A stretch of DNA of 64,000 nt from Leucoraja ocellata. Taxonomy: Eukaryota. The stretch is from NCBI GenBank assembly GCA_036785375.1, contig JAWMAR010000421.1, positions 1,364,001-1,428,000 on the forward strand, written 5' to 3'. A program made the translations under genes and the position numbers. Positions 51,850-64,000 of the stretch are shown here, in pieces (position 1 is the first letter of the stretch; each line of letters opens with the position of its first letter). The notes below the pieces were generated by a model, which was given only the letters and a program-made list of their open reading frames with translations, searched no databases and was not told the DNA's origin.

Positions 51850-53200
51850 AGGAGGTGCATGGCATGTTTACCTGCATTGATTGGTGCATTGAGTATCAAA
51901 GTTGGGAGGCCATGTTGCAGATGTGTAAAACTTTGGTTGGGCAATATTTGTAGTAGTGTTCGCAGTTTTGGTCACCACACTACAGGAACGATGTGGAGAT
52001 TTTAGAGAAGGTGCAGAAGAGGTTCACAAGGATGTTGCCTGGATTAGCATGTATTACTTTGTTGCCTTGTTTAGAGTGTATTAGCTATGATTACTACTGG
52101 TTTATTATTTCATGTGTACTGATGTATTGTGAAAAACACTGTTTTGCGTGCTATCCAGGCAAATCATACCACATGAGTACAATGGGTCGTGCATAAGAAA
52201 AAAATAAACAGAGTTCAGAATGTAGTGTTACAGCTGTAGGGAAAGTGCAGATTATAAAACAGTGCAAGGGCAACAACAAGGTAAATTGGAAGAAGGGAAA
52301 TCCATGCTTACCATATGAGAGGTTCTTTCAAGATTCTGGTAACACTGAATAAGAAGCATTAAAACATAAATCTGTTGGTACGTGCATTCATGTTTTTGTA
52401 TCTTCTGCCTGACAGGAGAGGGGAGAAGAATGACCTGAGTATGAGTGGTCTGCATTCAAAGGCAGCATGAGCGTAGATTGAGTTGATGAGGGTGAGGAAA
52501 GCTAGACAAACTTGGGTTGGTTTTTTTTGGAGGATTGGATGCTGAAAGGCTGAGGGGATAGAAATATTCCTTCTGATTCAGTGGCAATTTCTTCCCAGCT
52601 GTTATCAGGTAACTGAACCATTCTATCATCAACTAAAGAGTGGTCCTGACCGACCATCTACTCATTGGATCTTTAATCTTTAATCTGACTTTCCTGAACT
52701 GTATCGTGCACTAAACATCATTCACTTTATCCAATAAATGTACACAATGGACGGCTTGATTGTGATCATTGTATGGTCTTTCCTTTGACTGGAGAGCATG
52801 CAACAAAAAAGCTTTTCACTGTACTTTACTAAACATGACAATAAACTAAAATTATGAGAGGCATAGATATGGAAGATAATTAGTCTTTTTCCTAGGTGTA
52901 GTCAAAAATCAGTGGGCATAGGTTTAAAGTGAGAGGGGGAAAGTTTAACAAAGATTTGCAAGGCACGTCTTTCACACAGGGAGGGATGGGTTCCTGAAGC
53001 ACACTGCCAGGTGGGATAGGGGAAGCAGTTTTGATAGTAATTTTTAAGAGACATTTAGACAAATACATGAACAGTCATGAAATTGAGCTATTCAGACCGT
53101 GTACATGCAGATGGGATTAGTTTGGACTGGCATTGTGATTAACACAGCCATGGTGGGCCGAAGGGTCTTTTTCTGTGCTATACTGTGTTATATGTTCTAT
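51850..53200 (+). mobile_element. CR1 3' fragment interrupted by two Rex/L2-type tails (about 52095-52445 on -, 52570-52850 on +)
   Basis: LEKVQKRFTRMLPGL resumes after each insert and ends in gggccgaagggtc...tgttctat. The insert tails resemble 17700-17845 and 29105-29260. Confidence 0.7.
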
Positions 53201-55872
53201 CAGATTACAATGGATCCTGCATGTGATTCATACATTAACCATACATCTATCCTTTGAATGTTATCCTTCAATTGTGAATTATGTAGAATATCAACCAATA
53301 TAATCTGTTTGGGGCATGGATTGAGCCTGTCGCTTATTCACTGGCGGTTAAAAATCCCAAAATAGATCCTTTTAATGTTTGTTGCAGTGCTAGTCTAAAT
53401 CTCACTCTGTGACTCACTGTAAATATAAATATATTTATAGACTCATTGAATATGTTTTGCTGTTCAGTTGTCACTTACCTAAAGTTCAAATATAGGGATG
53501 TTAATTCTGTACGGTGTATAGTATCTCAAAAAGTCTTGTGAACAATATTGATAATTTTTCTTGGAGAGGCTCATCTACATTTTGAAGTCTGTTACAGACA
53601 CCATGAAGCTTAAATCAAGCTGATACTGAAGTATTGGGAAGTGGAGGAGTCCTTGTAGCTATTATTCTCAACAGGCTGAGAAGCTCTTCACGGGAACGTT
53701 TAAGAAACACTTTGGAGGTACAGTATATAGCTTTCGTAGAGTAGAGGGGGAGACATTGTTTCCAGGATGACATGTAACTGGTATGTATAGATTTTGGGTT
53801 ATTGGTGACAGAACCAGAGGAGATCTGAAGAGAAAGGTTTCCTACAGTATATTGAGATGTAGAATATGCTGCTTGAAAAGAAGATGGATAGATAAATACT
53901 GTGAGGGGAGAATGTAGTGAGAAGAAGCAGATGTTGCAGTGCACACTGAGGAAGGACACAGCTTTTGGAAGGAAGGATATGGTGGGTGGAAGAAAGGGCA
54001 GCATTTGGAAGCAAGAATGGTGGGTGGATGGAAGGCCAAGGTGGGTTGAAAGAAGGTTGTGCTGAACAAGGTCCTCCTTGAGGCACAGTTGGTGTACCCA
54101 TTGCCATTGGTGCAATACCATCTACAATCTCCCTTTTCACCAAAATTCTGCAGCCTTCAAGCTCAAACAATACACACACCAACCTTACTTAGCATCTTAT
54201 TAAAAATCAAACACTGAATGCCAGAGCCTTACATGGATACAGGCATAGGCTCTAGTTACCCACAGTCCACATTCCTGCACTGGTCCTCCTTTCATTGGCA
54301 AAGCATTATTTCATTTCTTAGGTTTTCTGGAGTAACTATCAATTCATCTCAGTCTTTCCCTGTGGGAATCAGTCTCATATTTTCCCCAGGCTCTGGGTAA
54401 ATAAGTTGTTCCTGAAAGCCTTGTGGGATTTATTAGTCACTGTCTTACAATAACGACCCCATTGTGGTTTATCATACGTGGCAACATCTCTCATCCAGCT
54501 GATTAAAATACTTTTCATATTTAAAAGATTATATCAGATCATCCTCAATGTTCTTTTCTAGAGAAAAGTACTCAGCCTGTCCCCCTTTATCGCAGTACTA
54601 GTATCAAAGTTGTAAACTCGTATCAGAATGTATTCGGTCAACAAATATCTACAGCTAGGAATCATTACTGTGGAGCCCTTGGTCAGGTCCATGATCAATG
54701 GAATCCCTACATTGCAATATCTCCATGTAATTCCATGGTTAACCATTATACCATCACACCCTCACCTTCTCCAATGTGACAATCATGTCCTCAGAAAAAG
54801 TCTGCAGTTCACCAACACTGCAGTCGTCACTGGCCTCCAAAGCATTACTGCAGGCTATTATAACCCAAGCTGGAATCCACCCAGATTTCTTATAATATGA
54901 AATTTGCAACATTTGACGTGTTTTCCTGCTCAGTTTAGTGAGTGGCTCCACGGTCCGGCGTGTCCAGCTATCTGATGTCACTATTCATGTTTTATAATAG
55001 TGGGGTTTCAGGGCTTGTTCTCTCTACCATCCGCTCCCTGTAAAACAGTCTGAAGGATTCTTAATCCCCTGTTTCTCCCTACATACTGAAGGAACAGGGA
55101 TGTAGGTGTTACACTGTCACACTGAACCACAAACCACTGAAAATGTTATCAATCTATGCACCAATGTTCCTCCAAACAGTTACTGGTGTCTCGCCTTTTT
55201 ATTGAGTATTGTCACTCCAAGGACTTTTGTCATATAATATAGGCAGTATTAATGTTCAAATGCTTTCCCAGTACAATTACATTTTCCCCATGCTAATGAA
55301 GCATGTTCCAACCCTGACCCTGGTACCTGAGCTAGGGCCCTAAGTGCCTATAAAAGCTTCTGTCGTTGTATTTGAATTGCAGTTGTTGATCAAACTTCTA
55401 ATAAGGCACTAGGTGACAGATGTTGGAATGGACATGGAGCTGCTAATTAATGAGAGTTATGAATCTACATAGATTACAGTCTGTTACCTGTTTCACACAC
55501 TGTGGGCTGGATTGGATTCAGTTACATTTTACACTCCTAGCCTGTATTAGCTGATATTGAGATTGTTTTTTAGTTGTTGCTTCATTTAGATGATTAAAGC
55601 TTCAGTTAATAATATAGCTTATGAATACGAGCAAGTGGTATTGATAGTCATTATTTATTCAGGCACAGCAGTGCAAAAGAGAAGATTCCTGGGATAATGA
55701 ATGTTGTTACAGTACAAGAGACTGCAGATACTGGAATCGGTAGCAAAGGAAAGAGAACCACTAGAAGAATTCAGTGGGTCAGGCAGCATCTGTGGAGGGA
55801 AATGGCCAGTTAATGTTTTGAATCGAGACCCTTCATCCAGACTTAATTTTGACATAATTCACATAATTCAGG

Positions 55873-56190
55873 ATGTTTCCACTAGTGAGAGAATCTAGGA
55901 CTAGAAGTCATACTCAGAATAAAAGGACATTCCTTTAGGAAGGAGATGAGGAGGAATTTCTTTAGTCAAATGGTGGTGAATCTATGGAATTCTTTGCCAC
56001 ATAAGACTGTGCAAAACCATGTCAATGGATATTTATAGAGCAGAGATAGAGTGATTAGTGCGGGTGTCAAGGGTTATGGGGAGAAGGCAGGAGAACGGGG
56101 TTGGGTTGGAGGGATAGATTAGCCATGATTGAATGGCGGAGTAGACTTGATCGGCTGAATGGCATAATTCTGCTCCTATCACTTAAGACA
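55873..56190 (+). mobile_element. CR1-clade LINE 3' end
   Basis: Reverse-orientation homologue of 27097-27420. Other older CR1 tails at about 29896-30100, 30335-30690, 37830-38300 and 57170-57430. Confidence 0.85.
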
Positions 56191-58409
56191 TTATGACCTT
56201 ATTGCCAGCTCTTAGAACCAATCAGGTCACTGCTAGAAGTGTTGTTATGTTTCATGCTGTCCCTTCAAAGCTTTAATTAAATGCTACACAGTTCACAGTG
56301 GAAATCAAAATGCTGGTTTCGGGTTCATCCCATTGTGATTACAAATTTCACGCTATCACTTTATGGTTAGCAAATAGTTATAGTGAGGCCCAGTGGGAGA
56401 GAAAGAAGGGTTGAATGGGAATCTTTGGAGAAGTGCACAGAGCAATCAATGATGCAGAGCAGGATGCTCAACGTGTGAATGCTGCTTCCTGTTTTAGATT
56501 TTTTGCCTCCCAGAAGTCTCACTGAGTGCAGATGTTAAAATAATGTTCAAATAAATGCTGGATCATGACTAGGTCTTTGCTATTTGCGTCACATCTAGTA
56601 GCTACCATTTTATCTACGAGTCATTTAACTAGCAATCCAACAAGTAACCTAATCCTGTCTGCTGACATCATGAGCACAATCCTACTATAAAATTGAGTGT
56701 GCTGAACCACCGTGGCACTATGCACCCAGCTCCACAGGTGTATCATGTATGAAAGTGCACCATTGCGATCAATTCTGTCTAAAGTAAAATTTGAGAGAAA
56801 AATTGCTGCATCTGACATTGGAGAGAGTTAAACAGAAAAGTAATCAGCAACAGGATGTCTGACCCACTTTTAACTCTCAAAAAAATCTTCTCACCTAACA
56901 TATCATGTGCTTAGGACTCATTTTGTGACATCACAATTCTAAACCTCTCAGCCTTGTGTTCAAATCACTTCCTTCTCTTTGACCTCTTCTAACTTTACAA
57001 TTCCTTGAAATTATGCAAAATTTTTACACTCCAGCAATTGTAGACTTTTGCACAAAACCTCCCTCTCCTTGATATTAATTGAAGATTCTGCCATTTGCTT
57101 TTCTTTTCCACCTCCATATGTTAACCCTGGCTAAATTGGATTGTTGGCGAATCAGAGTTGGCGAATCAAAAGCTCGATGGCATAGGTTTCAGATGAGAGT
57201 GGAAAGAACCTGACAGACAATGTTTTCACACATAGTGTAGTGGGAATATGGAGCTGCCAGACAAAATAGTTGAGGCAGGTACAATAACAACATTTAAAAG
57301 ACATTTGGACAGGACATGGATTGGAAAGGTTTAGAGGGATTTGAGTCAAATGGAGATGTACGGGACTAGCTTAGATGAGGAATCTCGGTCAGCATGTGAG
57401 ATGTGCTGAAGGGCCTTTTTCTGTGATGATAACCCTTGCACGTGGTCAACATGGATTTTGTGGGTTGCATGGTCACCTTTTGTGCCTTAATAATCCTATG
57501 ATTCCACCTATTGCTTCTTTAAGAGCGACCCTTCAAGTCCTATTTTACTTATCGTAAGATTGCTTATGACATTTGGGCGACATGTGTGGAATGTTGCATT
57601 GCACCAAATGTTCTACACAATTGCAAGTTATTGTTGTTGCTGTGGTTTGTCAGTTGTCAGATACTGGCTGAGACTGAGTGAAAGGTAAAGGTGCATTTGT
57701 TTATTATGTGGTTGTGGAGGTGGAATTGAACTTGCTAACGTTACCATGACTATGAAAGCCAAATATAATGACGGCTAATCAATGGCAAACGGTTTCCATG
57801 TTCAATCTCATTTTATTTTCCTTTTTAATAAATTGGAAATCTAGGATATGCTCCATTTCGCTTGACTTCGATGTGTTCTTATTCTGAGCTGACAGCTAAA
57901 GATCACCATGGTTATTGCTTCATCTATTTCTATTTCTGGAGGTCAGATGCAAGCAGTGAGCAGAATCTGTGAGTAATTAGGCTGACAAGACCTGGATGTG
58001 TCTGATGGTTATGCAAATAACACAATGACAATAAATAACATGAATTTTGATTACTTTATGAATTCATCAGCATATCCATAGAATTCAATGGGTGGGATTT
58101 TTGCTCAGTACATTCAGTGTAACAGTGCGAGGTATCGAACTGCTCCAGAAAGGTTACAAAAGTGCATATGTTGGAGAAGCACCAAGAGTTTCACATGGTC
58201 AGCGGTGAAGGATTGAAATGTGTGGTCCATGTTCTCTTTTAGTGAACATAGAAGATACCTGTTTCTATTCAAAATAGTACTGAGAGGCTGATCAGCATTC
58301 CTTTCCCAGGATGTGCACAGATTGAGAGGGAAAGTGGGAATGGTACAGAGTCAGCCATAGGATAGTGCCGGTCACCACTTAGCACTGCCAGTTATTGACG
58401 GACCACATT

Positions 58410-58432
58410 TATATATATATATATATATATAT
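58410..58432. repeat. (TA)n microsatellite
   Basis: About 11 TA units. Confidence 0.95.
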
Positions 58433-60834
58433 TTCTCACCCTGTTTCTTACAATCACTTTCTAAAGGTCATGCCTTTCACCTGATCTGTCTTGGCCTATC
58501 TCCATATCGGCTTTGTCTAATGCGACTCCTCTTCCCAGCTCTGCTTTGAATATTATAACCCCCTCCATTCTCTCCTCATTATGAGGAAGGGTGCTGATCC
58601 ACCCTTGAAAACATTGACTAATTTCTCTTTTCACAGATGCTGCATAGCTGGCTGAGTTCTTCCGGCATTTCTGTATTTGTTTGAAATTTCTCATTTTTGT
58701 TTACAAGACATTTCCTCCCTATGTTCAAATTCTCTGACCAGCAACAATCTCTGAGAATTCTGCCTTCACCAGTTCTGATTCTTGTGCACCCCTGATTTTG
58801 TCGCTCTGTTGTTGGTGGCTATGTCTTCAACTGACTGGTCTTCGACCTTGGGAATTTCCTTCATGTCTCTCTATCTCTGCACCTCTCTCTCGTTTCCTTA
58901 ATTGCTCAAATTTTGATGAAAAGTCTCCTTATCTGAAACCTTAATTCTGTGCCTCTCTCTATGGAAGGTGCCTGATCTGATGAGTATTTCAAGTATTTTT
59001 ATTGCTGGCTTGGGACTAATATAAGACCTCACACAACAGAAAATATTAGACCTGAAGTGTGTTTGTACTTTGAAAATCAAGATTTGGTAAATTGGATGTA
59101 TGTGGATTTCTGTAAACCATGTAATGCATGGAGCTGAATTATTTTGAAATTCCTGATCCGTACCATTTATGCCTGCCATTTATCAATGAGAAACAGCTAA
59201 ACAAAGCCTACTGGAATTGTAAGCACGCCAATGCAATCGTCCAACTTGATTTCATGGAGCAGGGATTAATCAACAATTACTCTAACCAGAAGAAAATCTT
59301 GTCAGAGATTCATTGCAGTGTGCGATTTGAAGAGAACTTGTGAGAATACCAGTGGGCCTTCGGTCTTCCTAGGTGGTTGGGATTGTGGGCTTGGTTGGGT
59401 CTGTTGAAGAAATTGAAGCGATTGCTGCAGACTGGCTTTCAGACACGGTGTGTACTGAGGTCGAGGAGGTAACTGAAGTCCGTTCACATGGAAAAACTTC
59501 CACATCTCAGTTGTCCAATGTGTTTGACATTGATGCAGGCATTCTTCTTAGAATAGAGAAGTTTTTTTAGGGGATGTTTCATAGAGTTGTTAAAAATCAT
59601 GAAACATTTTGATTAAGTAAGAATGAACTGTTTCCAGTGACGAGGGATCGGTCACCAGAGGACTTTGAATGATCTAAGAATGGAAAGGAAGCTGAGAAAA
59701 ACATTTCTATTTTACGTGAATTATTTGCGTGAAACATTTTTATGTGGGTTGCTCTCCTCTGGGAAGTGGTGGAAGCAATTCCAATTAGAAAGTAAAATGT
59801 GGAGCTCTGTATAAAGTGCGGGCTGGGACTAACTAGCAAATTCCTTGAAAGAGCTGGGGTGGGCAAGGGGGAGCAAATAGCCTCATCCTATACTGTATCA
59901 TTCAATAATTATATGAAACAAAAAATAAATCTATTACATCAGCCTTTGAGTATCAAATAGATTAAGATTAATATCCTGAATTGTACGTGCACATTTAATA
60001 TGAATGAGATATTTATATCTTGAAGTATTCATAGAGCACTTATATTCTCTAACATATGTGGAGAATGCCCCTCTGTCTATTATATCCTGTAATAAACACT
60101 GGTCTGTTCATCCTCGAATGTACACAAGCATGGATATTCTGTATTAAGCACGGAGAGTGTATATCCTGCAACATCTATGAGGTGTTTATAATCAGTAAAT
60201 ACATGGAGTATGCACATCCGCTACTGTTTGGCATGTATATCCTGCAATGTACATGGGACATGCAATTGCCAGTTAAGATTGTAAAAAGGATTAGGAAAGA
60301 AGTTAGATAGTCAGAATTGATTTAAAATAGAATAGTGCTGAGTTCCTATTATGCAATAAATCTTTTATGTTCCATTGTGCCCTTTTTCTTTTCTATTACT
60401 GAAATTATTCCTATTTAATCTTCTCAGTTTCACCATTTACAGACCATAAAATCACAGTCACCAGATAGTTTATGTTTGAATATCAGTTCCTCTCAGAGCA
60501 ACGATCGGACAGCGTCTGTTTGTTTGATGGATGATTTAGGTTGGGGGCTATTATCCTGTAATATAAATATGCCTGTAATTACCACACTCGACGTAAGTCT
60601 CAAGATAGCAGGTCATGTAGCAATTTCTCTTCTCTCGCGCTGGCAAGAAGAAAGAGCTACATTTATATAACCACTTTCACAGCCTCGGGGTATCCCAAAC
60701 CACTCTGAGCCATTAAAGGACTTTTCACATGTAGCCACCATTGCACAGTGGGAAATAGCAGCCAAATTATGCACATAAAGCACCCACAAACAGCAATGAC
60801 TAGATATGTTGTACTGATGTTATGTGTTGATTAT

Positions 60835-61440
60835 AACACAAAGTGCTGGAGGAACTCAGCAGATTAAGCAGCATCTGTGGAGAGAATGTACAGATGACAT
60901 TTGGGTCAGGAGCTTTCTTCAGACTGATTGGAGTAGGGGAGACAAAGCTGAAAAAAAGTGGGATCGGGCCAGGACAAAGGCTGCCAAATAAATGGTGTAT
61001 ACAGGCAAGTATGGTTGACATTTGCATGGAGTAAGTGACAAAGGCTAAAGGGGAAAAGGTGACCAAAAAAAGTCAGATAAGAAGGAGGAGTGAATTGTAT
61101 AGCCTGAGCCTCCCTGAGGGAGGGATAAGGATGGAAATGGAAAGGAGGAGGGAATAAAGGGGAATTGGGAGACTAAAGGGGAGTTGGGGGATCTGCACAA
61201 AGAAGGAATAAGTAGTAGGAAGGTGAGCAGGTTGACTGATGGGTGGGAGATGGTGGGAAAAATATGGATGGGAGTGGCCCGGGAAAGAGATAGGGAGAAG
61301 GAGTTATTATTTGAAATTGGAGAATTCAATATTCATACCATTTGGGTTGTAAGCTCTGCAAGCGGAATATAAGGTTCAGTTCCTTCAGATTGTGCATTGG
61401 CTTATCTGGCAATGGAGGAGGCAGGCCCTGAACAGAAATA
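60835..61440 (-). mobile_element. Penelope-like element 3' fragment with decayed pLTR
   Basis: Same terminus (gtgctggaggaactcagc...cttcagactga), a purine-rich UTR, and a GIY-YIG C-terminal remnant at about 61310-61430. Confidence 0.7.
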
Positions 61441-63510
61441 TGTTAAGAGCTATTGTCCTGTCGTGTAAATGTAATTTCTGTGGTTTCCACAGATAGTAAG
61501 TCACGCAGCATTCTCTATGCTCTAGCACCAACAGTGAGGTCAGTGTGAGGCCACACGCAAACTGGCGGGACAGCACCTTGGCATTCCAGCAATAGGTATT
61601 GAGATTGTATAAGCGGCCAGAATTAGAGATGCACAAGATCTCGGGGAGCTGCAGTGCTGGAGGAGGGGAGCCAAAGTCATGAAGCAATTTGAACACAAAG
61701 ATGAGCATCACAAATTTGAGGTTTTGCCTATCTTGGATTGGATTGTGTCAGAGATCGCAGGTCAGTGGACGAGTGGGATGATACAGGTTCCAACATAGTA
61801 AATGCGATTGCAGCTTTTTGCTGCTATTGTAAGCTGCTTGTGTCTGACTTTCATGGTGAAAACTAGGTAGGTAGGCTGTGAAAATCATTCCAGCAATTTC
61901 CACACATCTCCAAATTCCTCTCTCCTTAACCTCATCGCTCTTCCACTGCAGCTGCCTGGGTCACTTCCGCAAAGGCAATGCAGTGTGCCATTTACTATGA
62001 TGCCATTGGGACATGGCTGAGTTTTTATCCATGGACAAAGAAGAGGTTCAAAAAGTTAACTTAGTTTGGTTTACTGAGGTGACGAAGATTGCCATTTGTG
62101 AAGGTTTAACCCAATAACTCAGCCTATATATCCTGCAGCAGTTCCAAATATCTTAATGACATCATACTCTCCCACCTATTTTCATGATATCAGCAAACTT
62201 GGATACCTTACACTCTGCCGCCTACAAGTAATAGTAAATAATTGAAGGCTGAGAACTGATCTTTGGGGCACTGCACTAGTCACATCTTTATAGCATGACA
62301 AAGACCCGTTTATTTGACTCTCTGTCTTCATCCATGTTAACGCACTTCTTCTAAAGACTATGAGACTTTTATGTGGCATCTTGTCAAGTACGTTCTGGAA
62401 ATGCAAATACACCATATTTACAGGTTTCCCTCTATTGGTACCTCCTCCGGGGTTGGAGGAGAGGGAAGTGTGGAGAGTTGTCATCAGGATAGTTCATTCT
62501 CTACATTACCATACTCTGCCCTATGTATATTAATTTCCAGACTTTTATTTATACAAGACTTTGCATTATAGTATGGCTCATGAATTTGGAATATTGCTAT
62601 CATAATTCATCTCTTTTAAGAGAAGATTCCGTCGATTATCCACATTTCACTTGGAAATATATTGCCAGTTCTTCACCCTCACAATCTAAATTGTGGAACT
62701 CCTACATCAGTATTGTGGGAGTACCTTCACCAGAAGAACTGGCAATATATTTCCCACCATCTTCTCTGTTAGGGACAGGCAATAAATGATAGCCTTGCCA
62801 ATGTGTATGTGGATTCATAAAAATAAACATACAAGCAGATGAATACATCCATTGCAGCAATTCTAATCACCTGGCACTTTCTTTGTATTCTGTCATATTT
62901 AAATTGCCATTGTACTGGGTGTACCTTCTACATGTTTTATTATGATATTTGTATGATGTGTTACTGTTCACACATGACAGCTCACAATCTGTTTCTCAAG
63001 CCTTGGTACTTTTTAATCCAAAAGCACTCAAGATTTGATATAAAATATTTAACGTGGCTTGAATTGAGCCCTGTGTCGTGTACAGCATTCAGGCATTGGG
63101 GACAGCACATTATCGAACACTGCAGTCAAAGTAACTTAATTTAGAGTCTACTTTTATTTAATCTATATTTCTTGTGCTCTCTCCATCTTTGGTCTCCTTC
63201 TGCAGCAGTGTGAGTGTGTGTTATGTGTGTTTAGCTGTCAGGAGACATACTGTAATGTGAATGAGGAGACAGATGTTATGGAGCCACAACTCGAGTAAAT
63301 GGGCCTCTGGTTTGGAAGACGGTGCCTTATATTAGGCTTTTCATTATTAGCACTGGGATGATTAACACATCCATATGTAATTCTCCTGCCAGCTGTTTTA
63401 ATGGAGATGCTAACTTTCAAATCAATTAACCATCGTTCCTGTTAAAATAGAGGAAATTCACATGGCTCTGCTAAAATCAGAAAGCATTATCTCAGTGGCC
63501 AGGAAATAAG

Positions 63511-63830
63511 CAGCACAGTGGCACAGCTGATAGAGCCTCTGCCTCACACAATCAGATACCCAGATTCAATCCTTGATCTCAGATGCTGTAGGTGTGAAGT
63601 TTGTACATTCTCCCTGAAATTACACGGGTTTCCTCTGGATTCTTCCGTTATCTCCCACATGCCAAAGGTGTTGGCCATTATAAATGGTGTAGGTAATGAA
63701 GGAAGGTGGCATTTAGGAGAATACGAGGAAAATAAAAAAAGCGATTAGTGTAGGATGTGTTAATCAGTCGTTGATGGACATTGCAGACTCGGTGGGCTGA
63801 AGGGTCTGTTTCCACGCTTAACTCTCTATT
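63511..63830 (+). mobile_element. tRNA-derived V-SINE (HE1-like)
   Basis: Box A-like GTGGCACAGCTGATAG, box B-like GATTCAATCC, V-domain (gtgtgaagtttgtacattctccc...gggtttcctctgga...ctcccacat..caaag) and a CR1-derived tail. Further copies at about 14310-14470 (-), 25140-25330 (+) and 45545-45700 (-). Confidence 0.8.
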
Positions 63831-64000
63831 CTGAATAAGACACAGTAGTGCAAAAATTAGAACAGGAAAAGATGAAAGCACCTGACAGGTCAAGCAGCAC
63901 AGGTCCATAGACAAAATGCATTCATGTTTCAGGTCTGTTACAGTTCTGCTGGAGGGTCTTTGAATTGAAACATTAGCTTGTTTTCTCTTTCAACAGATGC

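Noticed and set aside
53615-54182. 168-aa and 127-aa minus-strand ORFs
   Set aside because: Low-complexity translation of a purine-rich tract. A faint AMGT motif hints at a decayed Penelope RT, but it is too degraded to call.
59128-59570. Two protein-like plus-strand ORFs
   Set aside because: No recognisable family, no convincing splice sites and no linked exons.
63511-63590. tRNA-like sequence
   Set aside because: No intact cloverleaf; it continues into a V-SINE body and LINE-derived tail, so it is a SINE head.

Overview
This is eukaryotic genomic DNA: intron-rich and AT-rich, with two CpG-rich promoter regions. The repeat content (HE1/V-SINE-like and Deu-domain SINEs, CR1/HER1-like LINE tails, Penelope-like and Rex1-like fragments) suggests a cartilaginous fish, probably a skate or ray; this is an inference. 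Three minus-strand protein-coding genes can be reconstructed by hand with GT-AG splice sites and consistent phases. LCTL (lactase-like/gamma-Klotho, GH1 family) has coding exons 1-10 at 16296..62 and continues off the left edge. SNAPC5 has 3 coding exons (108 aa, 24049..20553) and a CpG-island promoter at about 26.1 kb. ANKRD34C has one large coding exon (536 aa, 44319..42709) and a probable first exon and promoter at about 48.8-49.3 kb. Nearly all other ORFs in the track are transposon debris or chance ORFs. The most notable observations are: (i) a dispersed family of short Penelope-terminus elements carrying minimal hammerhead-ribozyme cores, including an intact copy with an 11-bp target-site duplication lying sense-wise in a SNAPC5 intron, plus several palindromic pairs; (ii) a predicted ANKRD34C leader with a strong-Kozak spliced uORF and a competing in-frame N-terminal extension, and a canonical REST/RE1 site in intron 1; (iii) a possibly bidirectional SNAPC5 promoter and a dual-specificity splice site; (iv) a gene order that differs from human. 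Repeat boundaries are approximate and family names come from recognition, not from a database search.
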